Of a stretch of DNA of 64,000 bases, positions 10,526 through 18,470 are shown in pieces. The position numbers and the translations under genes were made by a program. Origin of the DNA: Candidatus Saccharimonadota bacterium. GTDB lineage: Bacteria; Patescibacteriota; Saccharimonadia; Saccharimonadales; SZUA-47. The notes under the pieces were generated by a model, which worked only from the letters and a program-made list of their open reading frames with translations, searched no databases and was not told where the DNA came from. Numbering within the stretch: the first letter of the stretch is position 1; each line of letters opens with the position of its first letter. The DNA lies in assembly GCA_016700315.1 (NCBI GenBank), contig CP065013.1, forward strand, positions 917,298 through 981,297, given 5' to 3'.

Positions 10526-11632
10526 ATGGCATTCACAACAAACACCGAAGACGCTACGCTAGACCAGCAGCGCCTAAAAAGCCTCGTCAACAGCATGGCA
10601 GATGGCGTTATTGCCACTGATCAAAAAGGCACTATCGTGCTCTATAACGGCGCGGCGATGAACATTCTTGATCGCAACACAGAGATCAAGGGCAGAAAAA
10701 TCGGAAACGTCATCAAAACCATCAACGGCAAACACGAAGAAGTAGATTTCCAAAAAATGGTACTGGGAACAGAAACTCAAACCGCCAGCCGTGACCTCCG
10801 AATTGTTTATGAAGATGAAAGCCAAGTAAACTTATACACCAGCATCGCACCGGTACACTTAGGCTATGGCCAGCAAGGGGATCGAGGTTTTGTAATTCTA
10901 CTCCGTGACATAACTCATGAGAAATCTCTTGAAGAAGAACGTAACGAGTTTATTAGCGTTGTTAGTCACGAGCTACGCACGCCTATCGCCGTAACAGAGG
11001 GTATGATTGGTAACGCCGAATTTTTACTCGATAAATCATCAGATATAAATCAAATTAAGTCGATGCTCAAAAGCGCCCATGAACAAGTTTTATTCTTGGC
11101 TCAGATGATTAATGACCTTTCGACTCTATCTCGCGCCGAACGAGGCAAACTTCAGGCCGATAGGGAAATAATAAACATTACAGATCTGTTAAAAGATCTT
11201 CAGAAAAACTACGAGCAAAGCGCATTTGCCAAGGGGTTAAAACTATTCACAGAAACAGCACCAGATTTAGAAGTTTTATACTCGAGTAAACTATACGTCC
11301 GCGAAGTACTACAAAACTTTATTACAAATGCCATTAAGTACACCGAGACGGGTCACGTCAGTGTTTCTGCCAGACCTTACCAAGACGGTGTAGAGTTCCG
11401 GGTAAGCGATAGTGGCATTGGCATTGGCAAAGCCGACCGCGAAAAAGTTTTTGAAAAGTTTTTTCGAGCCGACAATAGTAAAACCCGCGAACAAAGCGGC
11501 ACTGGGCTGGGACTCTACGTCACTATGAAGTTGGCTAAGATACTAGGAGCAGATATATCTTTGGAGAGCCAGCTAGGCGAGGGGAGTACGTTTACGATAC
11601 ACGTACCGAACTTGCCAGAAAGTGGCGAGTAG
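10526..11632 (+). CDS. cytoplasmic PAS-domain sensor histidine kinase (no adjacent response regulator)
   Basis: PAS-like N-terminus (MADGVIATDQKGTIVLYN), HisKA H-box VSHELRTPI, and HATPase_c N/G boxes (NAIKYT, DSGIGI, GTGLGL). Confidence 0.9.
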   Translation: MAFTTNTEDATLDQQRLKSLVNSMADGVIATDQKGTIVLYNGAAMNILDRNTEIKGRKIGNVIKTINGKHEEVDFQKMVLGTETQTASRDLRIVYEDESQVNLYTSIAPVHLGYGQQGDRGFVILLRDITHEKSLEEERNEFISVVSHELRTPIAVTEGMIGNAEFLLDKSSDINQIKSMLKSAHEQVLFLAQMINDLSTLSRAERGKLQADREIINITDLLKDLQKNYEQSAFAKGLKLFTETAPDLEVLYSSKLYVREVLQNFITNAIKYTETGHVSVSARPYQDGVEFRVSDSGIGIGKADREKVFEKFFRADNSKTREQSGTGLGLYVTMKLAKILGADISLESQLGEGSTFTIHVPNLPESGE

Positions 11633-11903
11633 TTAGTAGTTAGTAGTAAGCGTAAAATTCTAAATTCTAAGCACTAAATTCTAAAATAGACCCTAGACCC
11701 TGGGCCCTGGTCCCTAGTCGGTACGGGGGTAATACTTGCTAACTACTAACTACTAACTACCAGTCCCTAGACCCTGGACCCTGGTCCCTAGTCCCTAGTC
11801 GGTACGGGGTTAATACTTGCTAACTACTACCAACTACCAACTACTAACTACTAGCCCATAGCTCTAATCACTCTAACCTCTAACCTCTAACCTAATCAAA
11901 GCT
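11633..11903. repeat. mosaic heptamer-repeat intergenic element, copy A (forward orientation)
   Basis: Consecutive blocks of 7-bp tandem units (TTAGTAG, ATTCTAA, ACCCTAG, CTAACTA, CTCTAAC). Also the conserved core AAGCGTAAAATTCTAAATTCTAAGCACTAAATTCTAAAATAGACCC. An internal ~68-bp direct duplication is present. Confidence 0.85.
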
Positions 11904-11910
11904 TGCGGCA

Positions 11911-13404
11911 CTACTCAATCTCTGGCAATTTTGGCAGTACATGCATTATTGGCAAGCAAACGTTGCGACCCTTCCATTCGATTTGCCCAAATTCATATCG
12001 CCAGAGTGAAATCAGGCAGGTATATATGTCAACCAAAATTACCAGTGGAAAAATAACCGCCAACAAGGTTGCTACAGTTCGCCCAGTCACAACTGTGAAT
12101 AGTTTGTAAGAAATAATCGACCAGCATAATATAATGGTAATCGATAAAATTGCCCAAGACATAGGGATTGAAGAAATAAGTCCAGAGAGCAGTAGGGTAC
12201 TCGGTAAAAAGAACAGCCAGACCAAACTCATCAGATACAAAGCTACGTTCTCAGGCCTTTTTCGAAGCTGAGGATAGCGAAGACGTATACCCGTCTGATG
12301 TTGCTGCTTAGCAGTTTTATGGCTATGGGCTAGTTTTAGGTTGCGATTTGCCAAAAAATTATAAGAGTTTATAGCCGAGGCTTTACGAGCAAAAAACCGC
12401 TCAGGCATTACGCTATGAGATACGGCCTTAAAACCGCCCGCACCCAAAAAGCTTTTTTTCACCATCCAGCAAGATGAAAGTGCGGGTGGACGTTCTTTGT
12501 CCAAAAAACGGGGTAGCACAATTTCCCAGCCATAGCGAGCTGCCTGGAAGAACAGAGCTTGTTGAATGTGCCTCACTCTTCTTGGTAGCAAGCTGATCAT
12601 ATTTAACTTTTTTGAACACATGTAATTGATAAGGTCGGTTATTCCACCACTGTCAAACCTAATATCAACACCGCAAAAAAGTATATATTCACCCGTAGCT
12701 TCATCACTAAGCCGTTGATAAGCTGAATTTTTTGCCAACCAGCCATTCTCGGGTTCTTCTCCCTGAATAAAACGCACGCCTGCGTGGGCAAACTGCCTGA
12801 TTACTTCTGGGGTTTGATCGTGCGAGCAATCATCAAGCACCAAAACCTCAAGTTTAGGATAGTCGCTTTCCAGAATTGACTGGATACAGGCCGCCATGTC
12901 ATCAGTTTCGTTTCGGGCAGGTATGGCAACTGTCACTACGGGCACATCGTTGCCAGTTATGTCTACGTCTACAATCTTGGTTGGTCTAATATTATTCAAT
13001 AGGCTTTTTAGCATAAGGCATAGGCCTAGTAAACTGCTGCCTAACAGCAGCGGGACAAGAATGGTTGGCTGATTTACTACCAGATAAACAAGTAAAAACG
13101 AGATAATCTGTAGAATCGTTAGGCGCCAGCTGCTTCGACTGACTACTTTCTTTAGGTAGCCTTGGCCCATACGACCGTAACCAAAACGCATGATATTGAG
13201 CGCTCTAAAGAGGCTTACCGCAAATAGGATTGTGGTCGTCCAAGTTATATGATCAAAAAATATCCAAAAAGCACAGAACAATAAACAGAAGAGTAGGATT
13301 GAAGCCGACATTAGACGGTATATGGTTTTTTGATATTCAATTCTAGTCAGAATGAACTCCATTACAGCCTCGACGCCTAACAAAATATATACCGCTGCAA
13401 CCAT
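11911..13404 (-). CDS. polytopic membrane glycosyltransferase, family 2
   Basis: Central GT2 domain (VTVAIPARNETDDMAACIQSILESDYPKLEVLVLDDCSHDQT, ILFCGVD) flanked by multiple TM helices. 497 aa. Confidence 0.8.
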   Translation of the reverse strand: MVAAVYILLGVEAVMEFILTRIEYQKTIYRLMSASILLFCLLFCAFWIFFDHITWTTTILFAVSLFRALNIMRFGYGRMGQGYLKKVVSRSSWRLTILQIISFLLVYLVVNQPTILVPLLLGSSLLGLCLMLKSLLNNIRPTKIVDVDITGNDVPVVTVAIPARNETDDMAACIQSILESDYPKLEVLVLDDCSHDQTPEVIRQFAHAGVRFIQGEEPENGWLAKNSAYQRLSDEATGEYILFCGVDIRFDSGGITDLINYMCSKKLNMISLLPRRVRHIQQALFFQAARYGWEIVLPRFLDKERPPALSSCWMVKKSFLGAGGFKAVSHSVMPERFFARKASAINSYNFLANRNLKLAHSHKTAKQQHQTGIRLRYPQLRKRPENVALYLMSLVWLFFLPSTLLLSGLISSIPMSWAILSITIILCWSIISYKLFTVVTGRTVATLLAVIFPLVILVDIYTCLISLWRYEFGQIEWKGRNVCLPIMHVLPKLPEIE

Positions 13405-13576
13405 AAGCTCATTATAAGTGCCAGACTACTATTAAACAACGATCTTGGCAGACACTAACATCCCCTGCAACTGCTTGGGCATTTTATTCCTTGTCAGGTC
13501 AGAGCAGAATATGCTATATTGACAACTAGCAAGAAGACTATATTCAAATAGTCTTTTTTAATTCTAGGAGACATAA

Positions 13577-13981
13577 GTGGTAGAAAAGAAGAAAAAAGCT
13601 ATCAGAAAAACAGAGTCCATTCGAGAGCGCGCGGCAAAAAGTAGCCGACTGAGAGCTGGCCGAATCCGACGACTTAAGGGCGGTGCTGGACGGCTTAGGA
13701 TCCCTGTCAAACGTCTTTGGCAAGCCGGACACAAACCTTACCACGCTATTCCGCAAAAAGACAAAGGTTTTTGGGGTTTTATGACCAAAACTCGCCGTTT
13801 CACACCGATGTATCTCATCAACAGTTGGCGCGAGCTTAAACAGGTAACTTGGCCAGATCGTCGCACAACCTGGAAACTAGTACTGGCTGTATTTATCTTT
13901 GCTGTTTTCTTTGGGCTGGTCATTGCTTTAGTCGACTTTGGCCTTGATAAAATCTTTAAACAATTATTACTTCGTAAATAA
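13577..13981 (+). CDS. secE: preprotein translocase subunit SecE with basic N-terminal extension
   Basis: C-terminal SecE signature WRELKQVTWPDRRTTWKLVLAVFIFAVFFGLVIALVD. GTG start 6 nt after AGGAG. Lies directly upstream of nusG. Confidence 0.8.
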   Translation: MVEKKKKAIRKTESIRERAAKSSRLRAGRIRRLKGGAGRLRIPVKRLWQAGHKPYHAIPQKDKGFWGFMTKTRRFTPMYLINSWRELKQVTWPDRRTTWKLVLAVFIFAVFFGLVIALVDFGLDKIFKQLLLRK

Positions 13982-13994
13982 GAAAAGGTTATAT

Positions 13995-14537
13995 ATGACA
14001 AAACGATATGATACTAGCAAACAGTGGTACGCAATTCACACCTACAGCGGCTATGAAGAGAAAGTGGCTGAGTCAATACGCCAGCGCGCCGACTCACTAG
14101 ATATGAAAGATAAGATTTTTGCCGTTCTAGTGCCAAAAGAGAAGATGATCGAGATCAAGAACGGTAAGCGCAAAGTTGTCGAAAAGCGTATTTTCCAGGG
14201 CTATGTACTTGTTCAGATGAAAATGAGCGAAGATGCTTGGTATATTGTCAGAAACACACCAAGTGTTACCGGCTTTGTCGGCACAGGCACCGAGCCTAGC
14301 CCAGTAGAGCAAGATGAAATGGACAAAATTATGAAGCGCATGGGCAAAGAAGAGCCAAAACACAGGATGGATTATTCTGTTAGCGAAGTTGTAAGCATAA
14401 CTGATGGTCCATTCAAGGGCTTCGAAGGATCGATTGCCGAGGTTGACGAAGCTAAAGGCAAGCTTAAGGTACTGGTAAATATGTTTGGCCGCGAAACCCC
14501 AGTCGAGCTCGACGGCCTGCAAGTTAAGAAGGTCTAA
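13995..14537 (+). CDS. nusG: transcription termination/antitermination factor NusG
   Basis: WYAIHTYSGYEEKV (NGN domain) and a KOW motif (ITDGPFKGFEGSIAEVD). Start moved to the internal ATG at 13995 that follows the secE stop. Confidence 0.9.
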   Translation: MTKRYDTSKQWYAIHTYSGYEEKVAESIRQRADSLDMKDKIFAVLVPKEKMIEIKNGKRKVVEKRIFQGYVLVQMKMSEDAWYIVRNTPSVTGFVGTGTEPSPVEQDEMDKIMKRMGKEEPKHRMDYSVSEVVSITDGPFKGFEGSIAEVDEAKGKLKVLVNMFGRETPVELDGLQVKKV

Positions 14538-14576
14538 GATGTTTTCCGAAAAACATCTGAAAACATCATTGAAAGG

Positions 14577-14804
14577 ATGCCTTGGCAACTTGAAGAAGAT
14601 CTTGCAAGAGCTTTTTTTGCCAAAAATCCAGATAAAGTGGCGAGGATTGGACTTAGTGCAATTTCACTAGAATACACTACGAAACATGACGACAGAGCCG
14701 AAGAATACGCGGCAGTTTGGGATAGAGCTGCGGCAATGCTTAAAATGCGCGCCTTACAACCCGAACCTTTTCTTGACGACTACAGAATTCCACCACATCT
14801 ATAG
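14577..14804 (+). CDS. hypothetical 75-aa ORF between nusG and rplK (weak call)
   Basis: Open frame only. The SD-like GAAAGG abuts the ATG with poor spacing. No family recognised. Confidence 0.3.
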   Translation: MPWQLEEDLARAFFAKNPDKVARIGLSAISLEYTTKHDDRAEEYAAVWDRAAAMLKMRALQPEPFLDDYRIPPHL

Positions 14805-14899
14805 ACAACAGGGATAAAAAGTAGTAATATTATACGAAGTTACGCACATAAACTACTTGGGAGCTTCTAGCCCAAGAATCACGAAAGGTTATTAAGCTT

Positions 14900-14945
14900 A
14901 TCGTAATACCGAGAATCGGTAATCGATAATCAAAAATCGTAAATT
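14900..14945. repeat. period-7 array in the rplK 5' leader
   Basis: ATCGTAA TACCGAG AATCGGT AATCGAT AATCAAA AATCGTA AATT, ending immediately before the rplK ATG. Confidence 0.75.
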
Positions 14946-15374
14946 ATGGCAAAAGTAGTAAAAGCAAACCTCAAGATGAAACTAAAAGGCGGCCAGGCAT
15001 CGGCTGCGCCTCCAGTTGGTAGCACACTTGGTCAGTACGGCGTGAACATGATGGACTTTATCCAGCCTTTCAACGACCAAACCAAAGACATGATGGGTCA
15101 GGACGTAACAGTTCACATCCAGATTTTCGAAGACCGCACCATGGCTTGGCGCGTCGTCAGCACTCCAACTGATGTTCGTATCCTTAAAGAGCTTGGAGTT
15201 CAAAAAGGTTCGGGTGTACCCAACAAGGAAAAGGTTAGCAAGAAGCTCACTCAGGCGCAACTAACCAAAATTGCCGAAGAAAAAGCGATAGACATGAATA
15301 CCGACGACGTAGAGGCTGTCAAAAAAATGGTGGCTGGCACTGCCCGCAGCATGGGTGTAGAAGTCGAAAGCTAA
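14946..15374 (+). CDS. rplK: 50S ribosomal protein L11
   Basis: 142 aa. KLKGGQASAAPPVGSTLGQYGVNMMDF is the canonical L11 N-terminal motif. Confidence 0.95.
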   Translation: MAKVVKANLKMKLKGGQASAAPPVGSTLGQYGVNMMDFIQPFNDQTKDMMGQDVTVHIQIFEDRTMAWRVVSTPTDVRILKELGVQKGSGVPNKEKVSKKLTQAQLTKIAEEKAIDMNTDDVEAVKKMVAGTARSMGVEVES

Positions 15375-15376
15375 CC

Positions 15377-15661
15377 ATGTCTTCTAGAAGCTGGGGTCAA
15401 AGAGTTGAGCAGGGGCTTACACGCGCTAATGATTCCGAAAGAGATACTTTTATAAGAGTCTTCGGGCCACCGGATACCCGTATATCACTTCCTAGCGCTG
15501 CATTTTTTGGTAACTACCCCACAAGAGCGGACAATAGTAATCAAAATTCGCAATACACTCCCGAACAACTTAGTAGAGAGCTGAATATAGTTAACAGACT
15601 AAGACAAACGACTCCGCCAATTCTAGAACCCCCAGCTAAATCTGATTTTTCCAAAATCTAG
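15377..15661 (+). CDS. hypothetical 94-aa ORF inserted between rplK and rplA
   Basis: ATG 2 nt after the rplK stop with only a weak SD (GAAAG). No family recognised. Confidence 0.4.
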   Translation: MSSRSWGQRVEQGLTRANDSERDTFIRVFGPPDTRISLPSAAFFGNYPTRADNSNQNSQYTPEQLSRELNIVNRLRQTTPPILEPPAKSDFSKI

Positions 15662-15683
15662 TAGAGCCTTTTAGTGGAAATGA

Positions 15684-16013
15684 ATGCCCCACTGGCTTAC
15701 AATAAGCTTAATGAGTGTTGTCGAAAACTATAATGGCCAAGATGCTGGTGAGCCAGAAACTATACCAGGCATAGACGGCAAATATCTATTTACCGAGCAA
15801 CTCCGCACACTCGCTCATGCCGCAGTAGCGGCGTTCAATGAAGATAGACGAACAATGCCTAACAAATTTCTTGAATCAAACCTTCGTAGATTAGCAAATC
15901 AAACCCCTCCGAGCCATCAAGCACGATACTTTATGGATAAACTTGGACTTCCATATCTTATGGGTAAAGTCAGATACGATGACCACCACGCTAGCCGCAT
16001 GAATATCAGTTAG
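15684..16013 (+). CDS. hypothetical 109-aa ORF inserted between rplK and rplA
   Basis: Open frame with a weak SD. No family recognised. Confidence 0.4.
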   Translation: MPHWLTISLMSVVENYNGQDAGEPETIPGIDGKYLFTEQLRTLAHAAVAAFNEDRRTMPNKFLESNLRRLANQTPPSHQARYFMDKLGLPYLMGKVRYDDHHASRMNIS

Positions 16014-16034
16014 TTTGAGTTAGCGTGCGTAAAA

Positions 16035-16043
16035 TGATATAAT
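16035..16043 (+). promoter_or_regulatory. extended -10 promoter candidate (TGATATAAT) for rplA
   Basis: TG-N-TATAAT at 16035-16043, about 180 nt upstream of the rplA start. A structured leader follows it. Confidence 0.4.
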
Positions 16044-16223
16044 CTCATTATAAACAATTAATTTGTGGGAGTCTGAATCATAGTAAGGCGCCACTACCAC
16101 GAAAGGAGAGCTTCGCGGGCTCCGAAAAAGGGAAAAGAGCAGCCCGAGCAAAAAATCATATTTTTTGCTCGGCGCGTTGAGGAAAACCGATAGGTTGTCC
16201 TCAAAAGCGAAGCGAAAAAACTT

Positions 16224-17201
16224 ATGGCCGAAACAAAAGCCGATCTAATCAAACAAGCAAAAGCGCTTGGCATTGAACACGTCAACGCCAACAACACCAT
16301 GGCAGAGCTACGCGAAGAAATCGCCAAAGCAGCCCCCAAAAAACACGACAAAGAAGCATTGCCTGTGAGCGATCACAAGGCAGAGTTTGCCAAAGCTGGC
16401 AAAAGAAGCGCCAAGGCTGTAGCCGAAAAAGAAGAAGCTCTGTCAAAGACAAATGAAGATGAGTCAACCGTTTCGCCCTCTAAAACTACGATCAAACCTA
16501 CCCGCACGCGTCTAGAACGAGCTGGTAAGAAAATGAAAGAGGCTGCCAAACTTATCGACAGGTCTAAAGAATACACCCTCAAAGAAGCACTTGAACTCGC
16601 CACCAAAACTAGTACCACCAAATTCGACTCAACGCTCGAGCTGCATATACGCTTAAACGTCGACCCACGCCAAGCCGACCAGAACCTTCGAGACAATCTT
16701 ATGTTACCCGAAGGAACTGGCAAGACTGTAAGGGTGGCTGTGTTTGCCGAACCTGACGATGCCAAAGCCGCCAAAGAAGCCGGCGCCGACATTGCAGGCG
16801 ACGAGGAGCTACTGGCTCAGCTCGAAAAAGGCATAATTAACTTTGATATTTTAATCGCTACCCCTAAAGTCATGGCAAAACTTGGTAAATATGCCCGCGT
16901 TTTGGGGCCAAAAGGACTCATGCCAAACCCAAAGAGCGGCACGGTTACACCTACTCCCGCCAAAGCAGTCGCAGAGGCAAAGGCTGGTCGAGTAGAGTAC
17001 CGAGTCGACTCAACTGGCATTATCCATGTAGGAGCTGGAAAAATTAGTTTTGGGGCTGTCCGGCTCGAGAAAAACGCTGCCGCAATTTTAGCAAGCATCA
17101 AGTCTAACAAGCCATCAAGTATCAAAGGTATTTACGTTAAGAGCATATACCTGACAACCACCATGGGCCCAAGCATCAAGGTTCTAAACTCCGAGCTATA
17201 G
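16224..17201 (+). CDS. rplA: 50S ribosomal protein L1 with ~95-aa N-terminal extension
   Basis: The C-terminal ~230 aa is canonical L1 (LPEGTGKTVRVAVFA, VLGPKGLMPNPKSGTVT, GRVEYRVDSTGIIH). The N-terminus adds an HeH/Rho_N-like motif KADLIKQAKALGIEHVNANNTMAELREEI and a Lys/Glu-rich linker. Confidence 0.9.
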   Translation: MAETKADLIKQAKALGIEHVNANNTMAELREEIAKAAPKKHDKEALPVSDHKAEFAKAGKRSAKAVAEKEEALSKTNEDESTVSPSKTTIKPTRTRLERAGKKMKEAAKLIDRSKEYTLKEALELATKTSTTKFDSTLELHIRLNVDPRQADQNLRDNLMLPEGTGKTVRVAVFAEPDDAKAAKEAGADIAGDEELLAQLEKGIINFDILIATPKVMAKLGKYARVLGPKGLMPNPKSGTVTPTPAKAVAEAKAGRVEYRVDSTGIIHVGAGKISFGAVRLEKNAAAILASIKSNKPSSIKGIYVKSIYLTTTMGPSIKVLNSEL

Positions 17202-17202
17202 A

Positions 17203-17597
17203 AAAATACCGAACACTGAATACCGTATACATAGTACCTCGTACTCCGTACTGCGTACTGTTCAAATAGAGCCAAGAGCCATGATTAGGTTAGAGGTTAT
17301 AGGTTAGAGGTTAGAGTGATTAGAGCTATGGGCTAGTAGTAGTTAGTAGGTAGTAGTAGTTAGTAGGTTGTAGCTAGTAGCAAGTAGATATTACCCTACC
17401 GCGTACCCCGTACCGCGTACAGTTCAAGTAGAGCCAAGAACTAGGGTCTAGGGTCTAGGGTCTAGGGTCCAGGGTCTATTTTAGAATTTAGTGCTTAGGA
17501 TTTAGAATTTTACGCTTACTACCAACTACCAACTACTTACTACTACTCAAAGGTTCATACTTTATACATGATACTTAATACTTGATACTATCTAGTG
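17203..17597. repeat. mosaic heptamer-repeat intergenic element, copy B (reverse orientation)
   Basis: Reverse complement of the A/D module order: (AGGTTAG)n, AGTGATTAGAGCTATGGGCTAG, TAGTAGT blocks, GTACCGC blocks, CAAGAGC block, (CTAGGGT)n, then TATTTTAGAATTTAGTGCTTAGGATTTAGAATTTTACGCTT. An extra partial copy sits at the left end. Confidence 0.85.
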
Positions 17598-17600
17598 CTT

Positions 17601-17733
17601 AGACTTCAGGAATCACGCGTTTGCACCTTTTTGGCGAAAATCTCCGTTCCGCGCTCACTGTACGTTAAGTACGGCTCGGCTTTCGGTACTTGATTTTCAT
17701 CCGAAAATGCACTAAACGCGTAATTCCTGGAGT
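17601..17733. other. ~130-bp extended imperfect hairpin (ncRNA, bidirectional terminator or MITE-like element)
   Basis: CTTCAGGAATCACGCGTTTGCA pairs with TGCACTAAACGCGTAATTCCTGGAG, about 21 of 23 positions. Nested inner pairings are GGCGAAAATC/GATTTTCATCC and GTAC-GTTAA-GTAC. Confidence 0.5.
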
Positions 17734-17808
17734 TTAAGGTTTAAACGTTAACTATCTATAGATAATAAACTAACTAACGGTATCTCCTGAAATTAAGCTT
17801 ATTACCTT

Positions 17809-18080
17809 TTATCCGCCGACAATTGCACCCTCAGCAATGGTTAGGCTGGTAAGGTTCGGGTTACCATATATACTCCAAGTTTTTGCACCCTCAGCAATGG
17901 TTAGGTTGGTAAGGTTCGGGTTATCATATATACTCCAAGCTTTTGCACCCTCAGCAATGGTTAGGTTGGTAAGGTTCGGGTTATCATATATACTCCCAGC
18001 TTCTGCACCCTCAGCAATGGTTAGGTTGGTAAGGTTCGGGTTACCATATATACTCCAAGTTTTTGCACCCTCAGCAATGG
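17809..18080 (-). pseudogene. out-of-frame continuation of the LRR-repeat gene (4.5 further intact repeat units ending ...AEGAIVGG-stop)
   Basis: Translating the reverse strand in the shifted frame gives uninterrupted NPNLTNLTIAEGAKTWSIYG-type units down to the TAA at 17809-17811. The span 17809-19883 is 2075 nt, one nt short of a multiple of 3. Confidence 0.65.
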
Positions 18081-18470
18081 TTAGGTTGGTAAGGTTCGGG
18101 TTATCATATATGTCCCAGCTTCTGCACCCGCAGCAATGGTTAGGTTGGTAAGGTTCGGGTTATCATATATGTCCCCAGCTTCTGCACCCTCAGCAATGGT
18201 TAGGTTGGTAAGGTTCGGATTTTCACATATGCCCAGAGTTCTTGCACCCTCAGCAGTGGTTAGGCTGGTAAGGTTCGGGTTACCATATATACTCCAAGTT
18301 TTTGCACCCTCAGCAATGGTTAGGTTGGTAAGGTTCGGGTTATCATATATACTCCCAGCTTCTGCACCCTCAGCAATGGTTAGGCTGGTAAGGTTCGGGT
18401 TACCATATATACTCCAAGTTTTTGCACCCTCAGCAATGGTTAGGCTGGTAAGGTTCGGATATAGAAAAAT
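17815..18470. repeat. about 11 tandem 60-bp repeats encoding 20-aa LRR-like units
   Basis: The unit GCACCCTCAGCAATGGTTAGG(C/T)TGGTAAGGTTCGGGTTA(C/T)CATATATACTCC(A/C)AG(T/C)TT(T/C)T recurs with exact 60-nt phase, except for one 59-nt unit near 18112. Confidence 0.95.

Noticed and set aside
14485-14670. 61-aa ORF overlapping the nusG 3' end and the nusG-rplK spacer
   Set aside because: It is out of frame with nusG over 50 nt, has no SD, and crosses the perfect 8-bp hairpin GATGTTTT-CCG-AAAACATC (14538-14556) that more plausibly marks the nusG transcript 3' region.
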